A DNA stretch of 64,000 nt from a virus: positions 104,486 to 168,485 of IMG/VR virus record IMGVR_UViG_3300025141_000025; one strand, 5' to 3'. The first letter of the stretch is position 1; each line of letters opens with the position of its first letter. Positions 9,561-18,270 of this stretch are shown piece after piece. The position numbers and the translations under genes are program-made. Under the pieces are notes generated by a model. It searched no databases. It was given only the letters and a program-made list of their open reading frames with translations, and was not told the origin of the DNA.

Positions 9561-9667
9561 TTTACGTTACACTTTCCTAAACAGTTACTGCAGCCACAAC
9601 AGCCACAGCAACAACAGCAGTGTGCGGAATTAAATAGGTTCCAAAGGCGGTGAAAAAAAGCTTTCAT
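9557..9667 (-). CDS. 36-aa cysteine-rich peptide (not in ORF track)
   Basis: MKAFFHRLWNLFNSAHCCCCCGCCGCSNCLGKCNVK; TAATG and ATGA overlaps with both neighbours. Confidence 0.6.
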   Translation of the reverse strand: MKAFFHRLWNLFNSAHCCCCCGCCGCSNCLGKCNVK

Positions 9668-10029
9668 TATGAATAATCTCCATTAATAAGCTTATCAGTA
9701 AACTCTTCCATGGTTTTGTACGCCAATTGCCTAATTCTTCTTGTAAGTTCGTTTTCAAGGTCAATTGCTGCGTCATCCACCTGTGCTTTCCATGCAGTTT
9801 TTGCATCGCCGGCCGTATCACCCATAGCCATCATAGAGGGATCACCCTTGTCAAATGCTTTGACTTCTGCATCGTGCCATTTATCGACAAGTTCACCTAC
9901 GTCCTTCCAGTCAACCCGGGGCCAGTGGTGAGCTCGTCGTTCCAAGCTAGGCATATCATCCTGTTCATCAAGGACTTTGGCCTTCTCTTCTTTGATAATT
10001 CTTCTTAGTTGCCTTTTCGTAATTTTCAT
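9667..10029 (-). CDS. MKITKRQL-leader protein
   Basis: IIKEEKAKVLDE. Confidence 0.75.
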   Translation of the reverse strand: MKITKRQLRRIIKEEKAKVLDEQDDMPSLERRAHHWPRVDWKDVGELVDKWHDAEVKAFDKGDPSMMAMGDTAGDAKTAWKAQVDDAAIDLENELTRRIRQLAYKTMEEFTDKLINGDYS

Positions 10030-10469
10030 TTTTTATCCTTAGGGGTTGGCTTTTGTGTTTTTTTGATTTCATAAAATACAATATTAACGAATTCACCACT
10101 CTGTCCAAGCTGATCTAATTTAAGAAACTTGGCAGAGAATATTTCGTCAGATGATGTAGCATTTTGATATTCAACATACATCAGCATTAAAAGTTTAGCA
10201 CCGGTCATATGTTTTTCAGACGAATCACCTGGAAATGTTACCATTAAAACATCATTCACACCTAGACAGTTGCTGTGTCTTATTACCTTCGCGACCATTG
10301 GAAATCTAAAAGCAGGTACATCATGCACCTCGACCGGAGAATTACATTTATCTATCACGGCCTGCACAGTCAGGTGATCATAAGATGGAATCACATTTTT
10401 AGTTGTAGTGGTACAAGATCCGCACCCAATCACAAATGTAAGCAATAAAACTGTTAAAATATTCTTCAT
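10026..10469 (-). CDS. Putative lipoprotein
   Basis: MKNILTVLLLTFVIGC lipobox-like. Confidence 0.6.
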   Translation of the reverse strand: MKNILTVLLLTFVIGCGSCTTTTKNVIPSYDHLTVQAVIDKCNSPVEVHDVPAFRFPMVAKVIRHSNCLGVNDVLMVTFPGDSSEKHMTGAKLLMLMYVEYQNATSSDEIFSAKFLKLDQLGQSGEFVNIVFYEIKKTQKPTPKDKK

Positions 10470-10473
10470 TCAA

Positions 10474-11538
10474 TTAACCTTTCATAAGACCAGATAGCTT
10501 TTGCCACCGCTCCAAGATAATTACATCCTCGGGTCGGAGATTATAAGATTCAGTCTTTGTTTTGTTTCCTAGCGCATTACCTATAGCGGTAAGATATTCC
10601 AGCGTTTTGTCAGTGCCCAGTTTTTTAAGGTCAACTTTGGCTATAGTTTTGATATCAGCACTCGGATCATTAAGCATTGTGGCGGCCCACCGATGATGAC
10701 CATCGAGAATCTCATCGTCGAGAGAGGCATATGCTTTAAGGTTACCACCGGAAACACCATTTACTGCCATTCCGAGTGCCTTGGGTAAGAGAATATTAGT
10801 TTGTGTGGGTACTGCTTTTTGTGCTGCCATACCTCCACCCAGCTTAATTTCAATACTGTCATCACTATCTTCACCGTCATTGGCACCAAGTCCAGCAGTC
10901 ATAAATTCTTCAGCACCGGGTGCGTCCATACCAAGAAATGCATTGGGAGCGGGAGCATCGCGCTCAACCAAATAATGTAACCCCTGTTTCCAGGCTGCCT
11001 CCTTAAACGGTTCAGCAATGTCGATATTGTATTTTCCGCCAGGTGTCAAAGCATCAGCAACATCTTTGACATCACCGGTTGCATCTTTCGGCCCGGGCAA
11101 GAAAGGCATCTTACTTTTTGGAAGTCCGCTACCGGGAATTTTTGAACCAACTGCTTCAACCCTTTTAATAAACGTTCCAGTACCCAGTTCTTCCAACCAG
11201 TCAGCAACCTTATCCGGATCTGGTTTGACAACAGTCTCCTCACCATCATCGCCCTTATCGGTAAATTCCATAGCCTTGAAAATAGGCTGTTCAGGATCAC
11301 GAGTTAAAATTTGAGCAGCGACCTCTTTCGCATCGGCACCTTTAAAGTTTAACTGGTTGTCAAATGCAGTGCCTTTTGGCTCGCCTACATCAACAACCTC
11401 TTTTTCTCCCTCGGCCGATTCTTCTTTTGTTTCTTCAAAAAGAAATGTTGATAACATTGAGCGTGATGATTTAGGTTTACGGTGCTCAAGTATCACATCA
11501 TGAATAATTTTTTGAAGATGTGCCTTTGTGATCTTCAT
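10474..11538 (-). CDS. Leader-tagged ParB/Srx-like domain protein
   Basis: MKITKAHLQKIIHDVILE; PTQ and ILDGHHRWAA motifs. Confidence 0.65.
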   Translation of the reverse strand: MKITKAHLQKIIHDVILEHRKPKSSRSMLSTFLFEETKEESAEGEKEVVDVGEPKGTAFDNQLNFKGADAKEVAAQILTRDPEQPIFKAMEFTDKGDDGEETVVKPDPDKVADWLEELGTGTFIKRVEAVGSKIPGSGLPKSKMPFLPGPKDATGDVKDVADALTPGGKYNIDIAEPFKEAAWKQGLHYLVERDAPAPNAFLGMDAPGAEEFMTAGLGANDGEDSDDSIEIKLGGGMAAQKAVPTQTNILLPKALGMAVNGVSGGNLKAYASLDDEILDGHHRWAATMLNDPSADIKTIAKVDLKKLGTDKTLEYLTAIGNALGNKTKTESYNLRPEDVIILERWQKLSGLMKG

Positions 11539-11540
11539 GA

Positions 11541-11948
11541 TTAAATTTCCCCAGAAAGATCGCCCAAGTTTAATTCAGCACTTTCTGATAGGACATCAAC
11601 TTGAGCTTCTAGCATCTCTTGTAAGGCTGCAGCCTGAGCTGCCAATGCCTCAACAATCGGGGCCTTTTCGTTGATTTCTGGTCCACAATTAGTACAATGT
11701 TGCGCTGCATTTTGAACAGACTCAACAACCAAGTCCAAGGATCTTGCAGCGACCTCCATTTCAGTAAGCATGTCACCGGCTGGATCTTCACTTTCATTTA
11801 CAAGCTCACCCACAGCGTCTGCCACATCCACAGCAGGCAGCTCAAGTGCCACAGCCTCAGGCGCAGGTCCATGATCTCCACATGCTTCCTGTAATTTTCG
11901 GCGTTCGTTTCTAATAATTCTTCTTAGTTGTCGTTTTGTGATTTTCAT
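11541..11948 (-). CDS. MKITKRQL-leader protein
   Basis: IIRNERRKLQE; CxxC. Confidence 0.75.
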   Translation of the reverse strand: MKITKRQLRRIIRNERRKLQEACGDHGPAPEAVALELPAVDVADAVGELVNESEDPAGDMLTEMEVAARSLDLVVESVQNAAQHCTNCGPEINEKAPIVEALAAQAAALQEMLEAQVDVLSESAELNLGDLSGEI

Positions 11949-12038
11949 TTTTTGCTCCTATTTTCATCACATTTATTACAAATAAACTATTTCATCCTTT
12001 GAAATAATTTTATAGTGTTTTTTACCTTTTGATCATTT

Positions 12039-12422
12039 TCAAAAGCTGGCCCCTAAATCAATTTCAATAGATCGATCCTCAGCCCATTGTTCAACATCAA
12101 GTGGACCGATAAAACCATCCTGCGGTGGCTTACTATCAAGCCATGTTCGATTGGGTGCTCCAGCATGCTGAGCCAGGTCATCCAAATCTTCAAACCCTAA
12201 CCCTCTTTGGTCTAGCCATTCACCCCAGCCTTTTTCAAGCTCGGCATCAGTCCTTTGTTCACCTTCGCCTCCAGGTGCGTAGTAATCTTCCTCACCTGGA
12301 GGTGCAGAAAAATCTCGATCATCTGAGTGCCATAGGTCTCTAACTTGGCGATCCACACCCGGCATACCTTCGCTAAGTGACTCCTTGATAATCTTTCTTA
12401 GTTGTCGGCAGGTAAGTTTCAT
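12039..12422 (-). CDS. MKLTCRQL-leader protein
   Basis: IIKESLSE. Confidence 0.75.
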   Translation of the reverse strand: MKLTCRQLRKIIKESLSEGMPGVDRQVRDLWHSDDRDFSAPPGEEDYYAPGGEGEQRTDAELEKGWGEWLDQRGLGFEDLDDLAQHAGAPNRTWLDSKPPQDGFIGPLDVEQWAEDRSIEIDLGASF

Positions 12423-12424
12423 GA

Positions 12425-12745
12425 TTAGCCCTCCACTAAATCCATAACAACGGAATTAGTTGCACTGTTAATTGTTCGTTCAATTAGCTTGGCCTCATCA
12501 GGATCGAGGTAATCAGCGCCAATAGAATTCAAATAATCCATAATTTCTTCTCTAATAATGTCTGACAGATAACTCTTGTCAAAGACACCGTGATCTGGTT
12601 TAGGGTGAAGTGCTTGCATTCTAGCTCGAAAGTCATCATCCATCTTTGCTGCAGCCATACCCATATCAGCTGGAGTCATCTGCTCCATTAGTCTAGCCTT
12701 CTCTTCTTTGATGATGCACCTGAGTTGTCGTTTGGTGATTTTCAT
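12425..12745 (-). CDS. MKITKRQL-leader protein
   Basis: IIKEEKARLME. Confidence 0.75.
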   Translation of the reverse strand: MKITKRQLRCIIKEEKARLMEQMTPADMGMAAAKMDDDFRARMQALHPKPDHGVFDKSYLSDIIREEIMDYLNSIGADYLDPDEAKLIERTINSATNSVVMDLVEG

Positions 12746-12750
12746 GATTG

Positions 12751-13023
12751 TTAACGCTCCTGCAGCGACTGTATGACAAAGTTGATTACTTGGCGGGTTG
12801 TCAAAGGGCCATCTTGATAGTCTAAGTCGACCAGCCCTGAGGCATTTTCAATGGCCTCGTCCACCGCGACCATTAAATCCTCAAGGACAGATTCACCGGG
12901 AGCATATTCACCTTGGATACCCTGATTAAACTTATAGTCCGGCCGGCGGGTAGGCTGTTCATTCATAAGTCTAGCCTTCTCTTCCTTGATGATTCTTTTT
13001 AGCTGTCTTTTTGTGATTTTCAT
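12751..13023 (-). CDS. MKITKRQL-leader protein
   Basis: Start moved to leader ATG; IIKEEKARLMNE. Confidence 0.75.
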   Translation of the reverse strand: MKITKRQLKRIIKEEKARLMNEQPTRRPDYKFNQGIQGEYAPGESVLEDLMVAVDEAIENASGLVDLDYQDGPLTTRQVINFVIQSLQER

Positions 13024-13024
13024 T

Positions 13025-13633
13025 TTAATCCCCTGTGTATCCCACATGTAGTCTTTTGTCTTCCAACGCAGCAATTACCATTTTTTGATCGGAATATTCT
13101 CCACTACTTCGATCAAGAGTCTTCAGAACTCTGTAAGCTGCTTCGATTTCCTCTTGAACTTCCGAGACTGCCTTCTGCTTGCTCTTGTAATAATCAGCAA
13201 TCCCTGCGTCTTCTTTAAAGAGTTTGGCTTTCTCTTCTTTAATGATTCTTCTGAGTTGTCTTTTTGAGATTTTCATTTTTCCTTCTCTAATGACTTCGAG
13301 CGATCCGTTTGGAAAACCCGTCTTAAATCCTAGTTGGTTAAGATAGCCTTGAATCTCATATGTTCTATCGCTACTTCCAAACCCTTCCATGCTGTCTTCA
13401 TATCGCCAAGCTAACTCGTCCGCAAGGTCTATCGCCAATATAGCATGCCTCGTCTCAACGCTCTGAAACTCTTCTGGGGTCAATAGTTGCTCAGCTGCCC
13501 GTGTATATTCATCTGGATACATTATGTAATCGACACCTGGCTCTGGACCTTGTGCAGTCATAGAACCTCTCTCTAAAAGATTCCGCTTTTCTTTTCTAAT
13601 AATTTTTCTTAGATTTCTTTTTGTGATTTTCAT
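13025..13633 (-). CDS. Double-leader protein (two fused cassettes)
   Basis: Leader plus internal IRE-GKMKISKRQLRRIIKEEKAKLFKE. Confidence 0.75.
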   Translation of the reverse strand: MKITKRNLRKIIRKEKRNLLERGSMTAQGPEPGVDYIMYPDEYTRAAEQLLTPEEFQSVETRHAILAIDLADELAWRYEDSMEGFGSSDRTYEIQGYLNQLGFKTGFPNGSLEVIREGKMKISKRQLRRIIKEEKAKLFKEDAGIADYYKSKQKAVSEVQEEIEAAYRVLKTLDRSSGEYSDQKMVIAALEDKRLHVGYTGD

Positions 13634-13938
13634 CAAACGCCTCGCCTCTTCATGTCATGTGCTAAATCTGACATCTCTTCGCCGGCATCCATCAAAAGTT
13701 CTTCCAGTTTGTCATACCTGGACGTACCGAATTCGTTACCGTCATCAAGCCACTCCGGAGGTACAGACTTTATCTTTCGATACTCAAAGAACATTTTGTC
13801 CAATGCTGATCTCATGGCCTCAACCTTATCAACCTCATCCTGGTTGAGGGTCAGTTGTCGGACATCTTTCTCAGCTCGGATCTCATTTACAAGTTTGCCC
13901 TTAATAATTCTTTTTAGTTGTTGTTTAGTAATTTTCAT
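13633..13938 (-). CDS. MKITKQQL-leader protein
   Basis: Start moved to leader ATG; IIKGKLVNE. Confidence 0.7.
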   Translation of the reverse strand: MKITKQQLKRIIKGKLVNEIRAEKDVRQLTLNQDEVDKVEAMRSALDKMFFEYRKIKSVPPEWLDDGNEFGTSRYDKLEELLMDAGEEMSDLAHDMKRRGV

Positions 13939-14234
13939 GAATTTTCCTTCGTGCCAAAGATCCAATTATAAATGCTAGCCGGAATTTCTTCACGCGGAGG
14001 GTACTCTAAAGTTCCAATAAACAACCTTAAATTTTGTGATCCCGTTATTGATCCCGTCTTGATTTCTTCAAGTACCTGGTCCCTGACATATTCCAACGCA
14101 ACGGCATCATCACGATATAACATTTTCATGGTGGCATCTGTTTCTGATAACAGGTGACTACGAATAAACCCTATTTTTCTGTTGATAGCCGCGATGCCGT
14201 TTTCTAATTCTTGGCGTGTAATTCGACTACCCAT
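13935..14234 (-). CDS. Hypothetical protein
   Basis: Start moved to MGSRITRQEL after GGAG SD. Confidence 0.55.
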   Translation of the reverse strand: MGSRITRQELENGIAAINRKIGFIRSHLLSETDATMKMLYRDDAVALEYVRDQVLEEIKTGSITGSQNLRLFIGTLEYPPREEIPASIYNWIFGTKENS

Positions 14235-14751
14235 TGTTTTTCTCCAACATGTGACGAACCATGGTCGTAATGTCCCCACGGGTGATTCGTAAAATTTGTG
14301 ATTTCGATCGAGCTGATTCGGCGATGCGGCGGCCCATACCGGATTGTCTAGGCACATCTTGAAAATCAAATTCACCAGGCATCAGCTCTTCAAGTTCTCG
14401 CCTTTCTTTTTCGATGGCAGCCTGTTGCTCGACATCCAGTTTCTCCTGTTCGATCATGGCGTCGTAATAGTCATCCAAGTCTTTAATGGCTGTGTTGTAT
14501 TCTTCCACAGTCTTGTATGGTCTGTGGCGAGGTCGAAACCCGTGGAGCTCTTTAAAATAATCAGAGTAAGTCTGCCCTAGAACTGATAGAGCCAAATCCT
14601 TACCTGTTACGACGCCCTGCCTCTCCCAAAAGGCTTGGTCTGTCACGTACCCGGCGCCGGTTTGAGCATTTATTTTTTCTGCTTCTTCCTGCGCGGTAGG
14701 TGCGAATTGCATGGCTTCGCGAATTATTCGTTTAAGTTGAGTTCTTTTCAC
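14227..14751 (-). CDS. Leader-tagged hypothetical phage protein
   Basis: MKRTQLKRIIRE; YSDYFKELHGFRPR; C-terminal leader-like helix. Confidence 0.7.
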   Translation of the reverse strand: MKRTQLKRIIREAMQFAPTAQEEAEKINAQTGAGYVTDQAFWERQGVVTGKDLALSVLGQTYSDYFKELHGFRPRHRPYKTVEEYNTAIKDLDDYYDAMIEQEKLDVEQQAAIEKERRELEELMPGEFDFQDVPRQSGMGRRIAESARSKSQILRITRGDITTMVRHMLEKNNG

Positions 14752-14824
14752 TTCATCTCCTCAGCGAACAATGACAACACTGCTAAGTATCGACAAAAAG
14801 CCAGACTTGAACGGTGAAACGAAG

Positions 14825-15238
14825 TTATTTCTTCGGAGCTGACTCTTCCATGGCTTCGAGCGTCTTGGTGAGCAACTGAAGTGCCAGGTTATCCGGATCG
14901 GCGGCTTCACTCATCTTTTGTAGCGCTTCGATGAGGTCCCCGGCTTTTTCTGTGTTTTCTTTGATTCGGGCAATGGCATCATCCAGGGCCTGAAACTGGT
15001 CGTCGTGTGTTTGGGCTTTTAACACCATGAAATCTTGAGTGCTGAGGCTTGGGGCGCTGTAGAAATTGTCGACGGCCTCGGTGTTGCCAGCTTCCGGTTT
15101 TTCCCATTGGGTGTGTTGGTCCCGGGACGGAACTGCTGTCGTCTCAATCTTTTCGGCGTGGGACCTGGTGCGGTCCGCGGCAGAGGTGGGTTGAACGATG
15201 TTGGGATTGTGGGCAGCGCCCACGGAGTTGATACTCAT
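14825..15238 (-). CDS. Hypothetical coiled-coil protein
   Basis: Probable start MSINSV. Confidence 0.55.
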   Translation of the reverse strand: MSINSVGAAHNPNIVQPTSAADRTRSHAEKIETTAVPSRDQHTQWEKPEAGNTEAVDNFYSAPSLSTQDFMVLKAQTHDDQFQALDDAIARIKENTEKAGDLIEALQKMSEAADPDNLALQLLTKTLEAMEESAPKK

Positions 15239-15647
15239 TTTTCGCCTGTTTTTTTCCCTGTCGGGGTCGAATCCTGCCAAAGGTAGGTACATCTAAATAT
15301 CCCTTTTCATTAAGAAAAAATTTTATTTGCGTGTGAGCATCGGTAAAAAGCGTTTCGCTTTAAAAAATTTTTACTCCGGAGAAAGGGGGCATGATTGAGC
15401 GTGCTACCAAGCGAGCCGCGCTCGCAATCCAGCACACTCACAGATTCACCGGTGGCCTCACGTTGGACGCTGGACATGTCTAGAGCGCTCTCTGGCGGCC
15501 CCAACACGCGAATCCGATTTACCCCATGGCTTGGGAGGAAAGCCCCTCCAGAACACACTCCTGCGAAACGGTAAATCCGGGCCCGATGGGCGAACAAACC
15601 GCGACAGGCGGCCGGGGTCTCGGCTTTCAGAAAGGCCGGTTCGACCG

Positions 15648-16058
15648 TCATTCCCCTTCCAGGCCAAAAAGCGTGGCCAGCGTGGGCACCGCGGCCGCAG
15701 GGGCCGGATCGGGTGTACCGGCGTCTTCCGCCTGTTCGGCCTTGTGAAGCTTGTGATCCAGGTGGTTCTTTATCTCGTCCATATCGTCCTGCATGGCTGC
15801 CAGCTTTGACTGTACCCACTCAGGTAGCTCGTCCTCGTCATTCAATCGGTCGTGGAGGGATTGGGCTCCCCGTGAGACGTTGAACAGGGCCGACCGGGCC
15901 ATTTTGGCCGAGCCGCCGTGTCCCATGACTCGACCCTCCTCGTTTTCCGAAGTCTCGTCGGGGTGGTAGAACTCCCTGACCAATTGGCGGATCCTGTCAC
16001 GGCTGCGGGCCGTCTCGGCGTCCACGCCCTTGTCGTCTTTAAAATTATTGTCTTTCAT
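15648..16058 (-). CDS. Hypothetical phage protein
   Basis: DELPEWVQSKL helical motif; RIRQLVRE leader-like segment. Confidence 0.6.
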   Translation of the reverse strand: MKDNNFKDDKGVDAETARSRDRIRQLVREFYHPDETSENEEGRVMGHGGSAKMARSALFNVSRGAQSLHDRLNDEDELPEWVQSKLAAMQDDMDEIKNHLDHKLHKAEQAEDAGTPDPAPAAAVPTLATLFGLEGE

Positions 16059-16064
16059 GTGTGA

Positions 16065-16262
16065 TTACTCCATCGGATGCGTTATCTGCAACGGAAGGTC
16101 CATGTCCAGGTCCGGGCCGCTGGCGCGCGGGGCTGAGGCTTTGGCGGCCGTTTGGCTGGCCTTGCGCTCCGCTCGTGCGTCCATGTGTGCCACCGCTGTC
16201 CACGCTAGTCTCCACATCCAGTACCTTCTCTCCCTGTCACTTAGGTCCATTAGATTTTTCAT
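16065..16262 (-). CDS. Hypothetical protein
   Basis: ORF behind GATATTTA motif and AGGAG. Confidence 0.5.
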   Translation of the reverse strand: MKNLMDLSDRERRYWMWRLAWTAVAHMDARAERKASQTAAKASAPRASGPDLDMDLPLQITHPME

Positions 16263-16514
16263 AGTCTCTCTGCTCCTGTGCCCCTCACAGTGTAAATATC
16301 ACCTACCCGCGTTTTTAGCGGTGCAAGATTATATGCGGCACAACGGATATGGAAACTTTTTCTAGAAATTTTTTTTGTTACAGGGCCCATTTTGAAACCG
16401 AAAACCCCCCAGAAAAAAATTTTCGAAAGAGAGGGCGGCCGAAAGTCAAAAAGTCCCGGGAATTTTTTTTGCTCTGGGGTTTAGCCCAAAGTTGGCCCTT
16501 TTTACACTGAGTTT

Positions 16515-16554
16515 GGGGGCTATTTTAGGGGGTATTTTGGGGGCTCTCTTGGGG
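16515..16554 (+). other. Four phased G-tracts (G-quadruplex-compatible) in a non-coding gap
   Basis: GGGGG-N8-GGGGG-N6-GGGGG-N7-GGGG. Confidence 0.5.
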
Positions 16555-16682
16555 CCCTCTGTGTAGCCCCCTCTATAGGGGCTCTAGAGCAGCTGTCTCA
16601 CACTCCTGTTGGCCATACTAAAAGGGGCCCAGTCTGGCGACCGAACCCCCTCGAAATTCTAGATTACCGTGTCCTGTCCGGA

Positions 16683-17429
16683 TTAGGCGCTCACCTTAGC
16701 AACCACCTTGAACCCGTGACCCTTGAGGTCCAGGTAGTAACGGTGTCCCGCTCCGCCGAACCGGTTCTTGGTCATGGTAAGGATGCGACACCCGTGAAGC
16801 TCGGACCGGATGTCCTCTTCAACAGTAAGCTCCAGCATGGAGTCCACCATGTGCTTGAGGACGTTCCTACCAGCGAACTGACCGTTCTTACCCACCTGAC
16901 CGATGACGATGGCTGAGGTGTTGTGCTCCTTGCACCAGTCGGTGATTAGAGCCAACGCTCGTTCCGGGGTGCGGCTGTTGGTGGTACCGTTCTCGTACTT
17001 GCCATCATCCATGGTCTGCAGCGAGTCAATCACCAGGACGAAGCTTTTATTAGGATTAGCCGCGCGCATCTCGTCGCACTTCTTGAGGAGCGTGGGGACA
17101 TGGGTCTCTTCACCCACCGCAAATCCGTTCTTAAGTCGCAGGCGCTCGCTCGTCATCTTGACCTGGTAGAGGCTCTCCTCTCCGGTGTTGAAGACGCCGA
17201 TGGAGCCGTTGCCGACCAGGCTGTCCACCAGCTTGAGCATCATGGTGGTCTTACCAGCGCCGGGCGTACCGGTGAAAAGGGTGACAGCAGAAGGAGTCAA
17301 CCCCTGTCCGCCGAAGCTTCCGTCGATATAATCCACACCGGTCTTGATTCTAGAACGTAGGGCAGCAGGTACCTTGACGTCGAGGATGTTGGTGCCAAAG
17401 TCGAATCCGTTCTTGGTGTTAAGCTTCAT
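16683..17429 (-). CDS. RadA/Sms-like RecA-fold ATPase (ATPase core only)
   Basis: Walker A GTPGAGKT, TGEES, VIDSLQT, LKHMVD, KNRFG. Confidence 0.8.
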   Translation of the reverse strand: MKLNTKNGFDFGTNILDVKVPAALRSRIKTGVDYIDGSFGGQGLTPSAVTLFTGTPGAGKTTMMLKLVDSLVGNGSIGVFNTGEESLYQVKMTSERLRLKNGFAVGEETHVPTLLKKCDEMRAANPNKSFVLVIDSLQTMDDGKYENGTTNSRTPERALALITDWCKEHNTSAIVIGQVGKNGQFAGRNVLKHMVDSMLELTVEEDIRSELHGCRILTMTKNRFGGAGHRYYLDLKGHGFKVVAKVSA

Positions 17430-17485
17430 GAGGTCTCTCTCCTATTATTTTGAAAACACTCTGTTCCCCTCCCGGGAACATGTAT

Positions 17486-17514
17486 ATTATACCACGGCTG
17501 GGGACATCTTACAC
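17486..17514 (-). promoter_or_regulatory. Class A promoter GTGTAA-N17-TATAAT
   Basis: Extended -10 GTGGTATAAT; 5' hairpin 17462-17480. Confidence 0.8.
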
Positions 17515-17533
17515 AAAAGCGCTACTATTTTAT

Positions 17534-18097
17534 CTAATCTTCTAGCGGCTTTACGCTCAACTTTTTGTGCCACTCTTCGACACCATTGACCAGCAGCTTG
17601 ACGTAGGCATCTTTTAGAACTTGCTTGGCCTGCTTTTTTCTAACTGACGTGCCCCGGGAATACTGGCCCAACACCATACCGATGTCTCCTGACTTGGTCA
17701 TGACCAGGTTGCCGTCACCTAAGGCAGGGTCCCATTCAATGTCGACACGCTGAATCCGTACATCGCGGTGGGCTTCACGGTTGAGGATGACAGTCTTAGA
17801 CTTCACGTTCTTCTTGGACTTTTTCTTAAACCTAGCGCGCTGACGTGCCTTGTCGCGGTAGTTGTCCGGATAGTGCTCGTCAAAGAATGACTGCCACGCC
17901 GTCCGAGCCTCTTCCTCGCGGTCCAGTAACTCCTGGGGAATGGGCAAGCCGGCATTCGTTAGCTCGAACATCTCATCTGCAACCAGTTGAACTGGGCGAT
18001 AGAAGCGTTCGCGGTTCTCTTCAAAGTAATCGTAGCGTGACTCACGGGCCTGCGCTAGCACGCTTTGATATTCAGAATTGGTCAATCGTCTGGGCAT
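17534..18097 (-). CDS. Hypothetical protein with C-terminal SH3-like segment
   Basis: Start moved to MPRR after AAGGAG; GDGNLV...GMV. Confidence 0.6.
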   Translation of the reverse strand: MPRRLTNSEYQSVLAQARESRYDYFEENRERFYRPVQLVADEMFELTNAGLPIPQELLDREEEARTAWQSFFDEHYPDNYRDKARQRARFKKKSKKNVKSKTVILNREAHRDVRIQRVDIEWDPALGDGNLVMTKSGDIGMVLGQYSRGTSVRKKQAKQVLKDAYVKLLVNGVEEWHKKLSVKPLED

Positions 18098-18134
18098 GTA
18101 AACTCTCCTTGCCCTCCTCCCGAAGGACATTTAT

Positions 18135-18163
18135 ATTATACCACACCTACGAGCTTCTTACAC
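18135..18163 (-). promoter_or_regulatory. Class A promoter
   Basis: GTGTAA-N17-TATAAT. Confidence 0.8.
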
Positions 18164-18167
18164 AAAA

Positions 18168-18221
18168 TAAAAAAACCAATCGACTGGCCTCCGGAGAGAG
18201 TGGAAAACCAGTCGATTGGTT
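18168..18221 (-). terminator. Intrinsic terminator
   Basis: AACCAATCGACTGG / CCAGTCGATTGGTT stem with U tail on minus strand. Confidence 0.7.
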
Positions 18222-18270
18222 GGGCAAACACGTGACCATTCGGGAGGGGCCACCTGCGGATTGACCCGGA

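Noticed and set aside
3523-13938. Regularly recurring ~45-nt repeat read as a CRISPR array
   Set aside because: Repeats are degenerate at synonymous positions, encode an in-frame peptide, and are separated by 200-1000 nt ORFs; no cas genes seen.
14825-15238. FlgD-like flagellar protein (LSTQDFMVL)
   Set aside because: Only a short resemblance; the QxQDP motif is absent.
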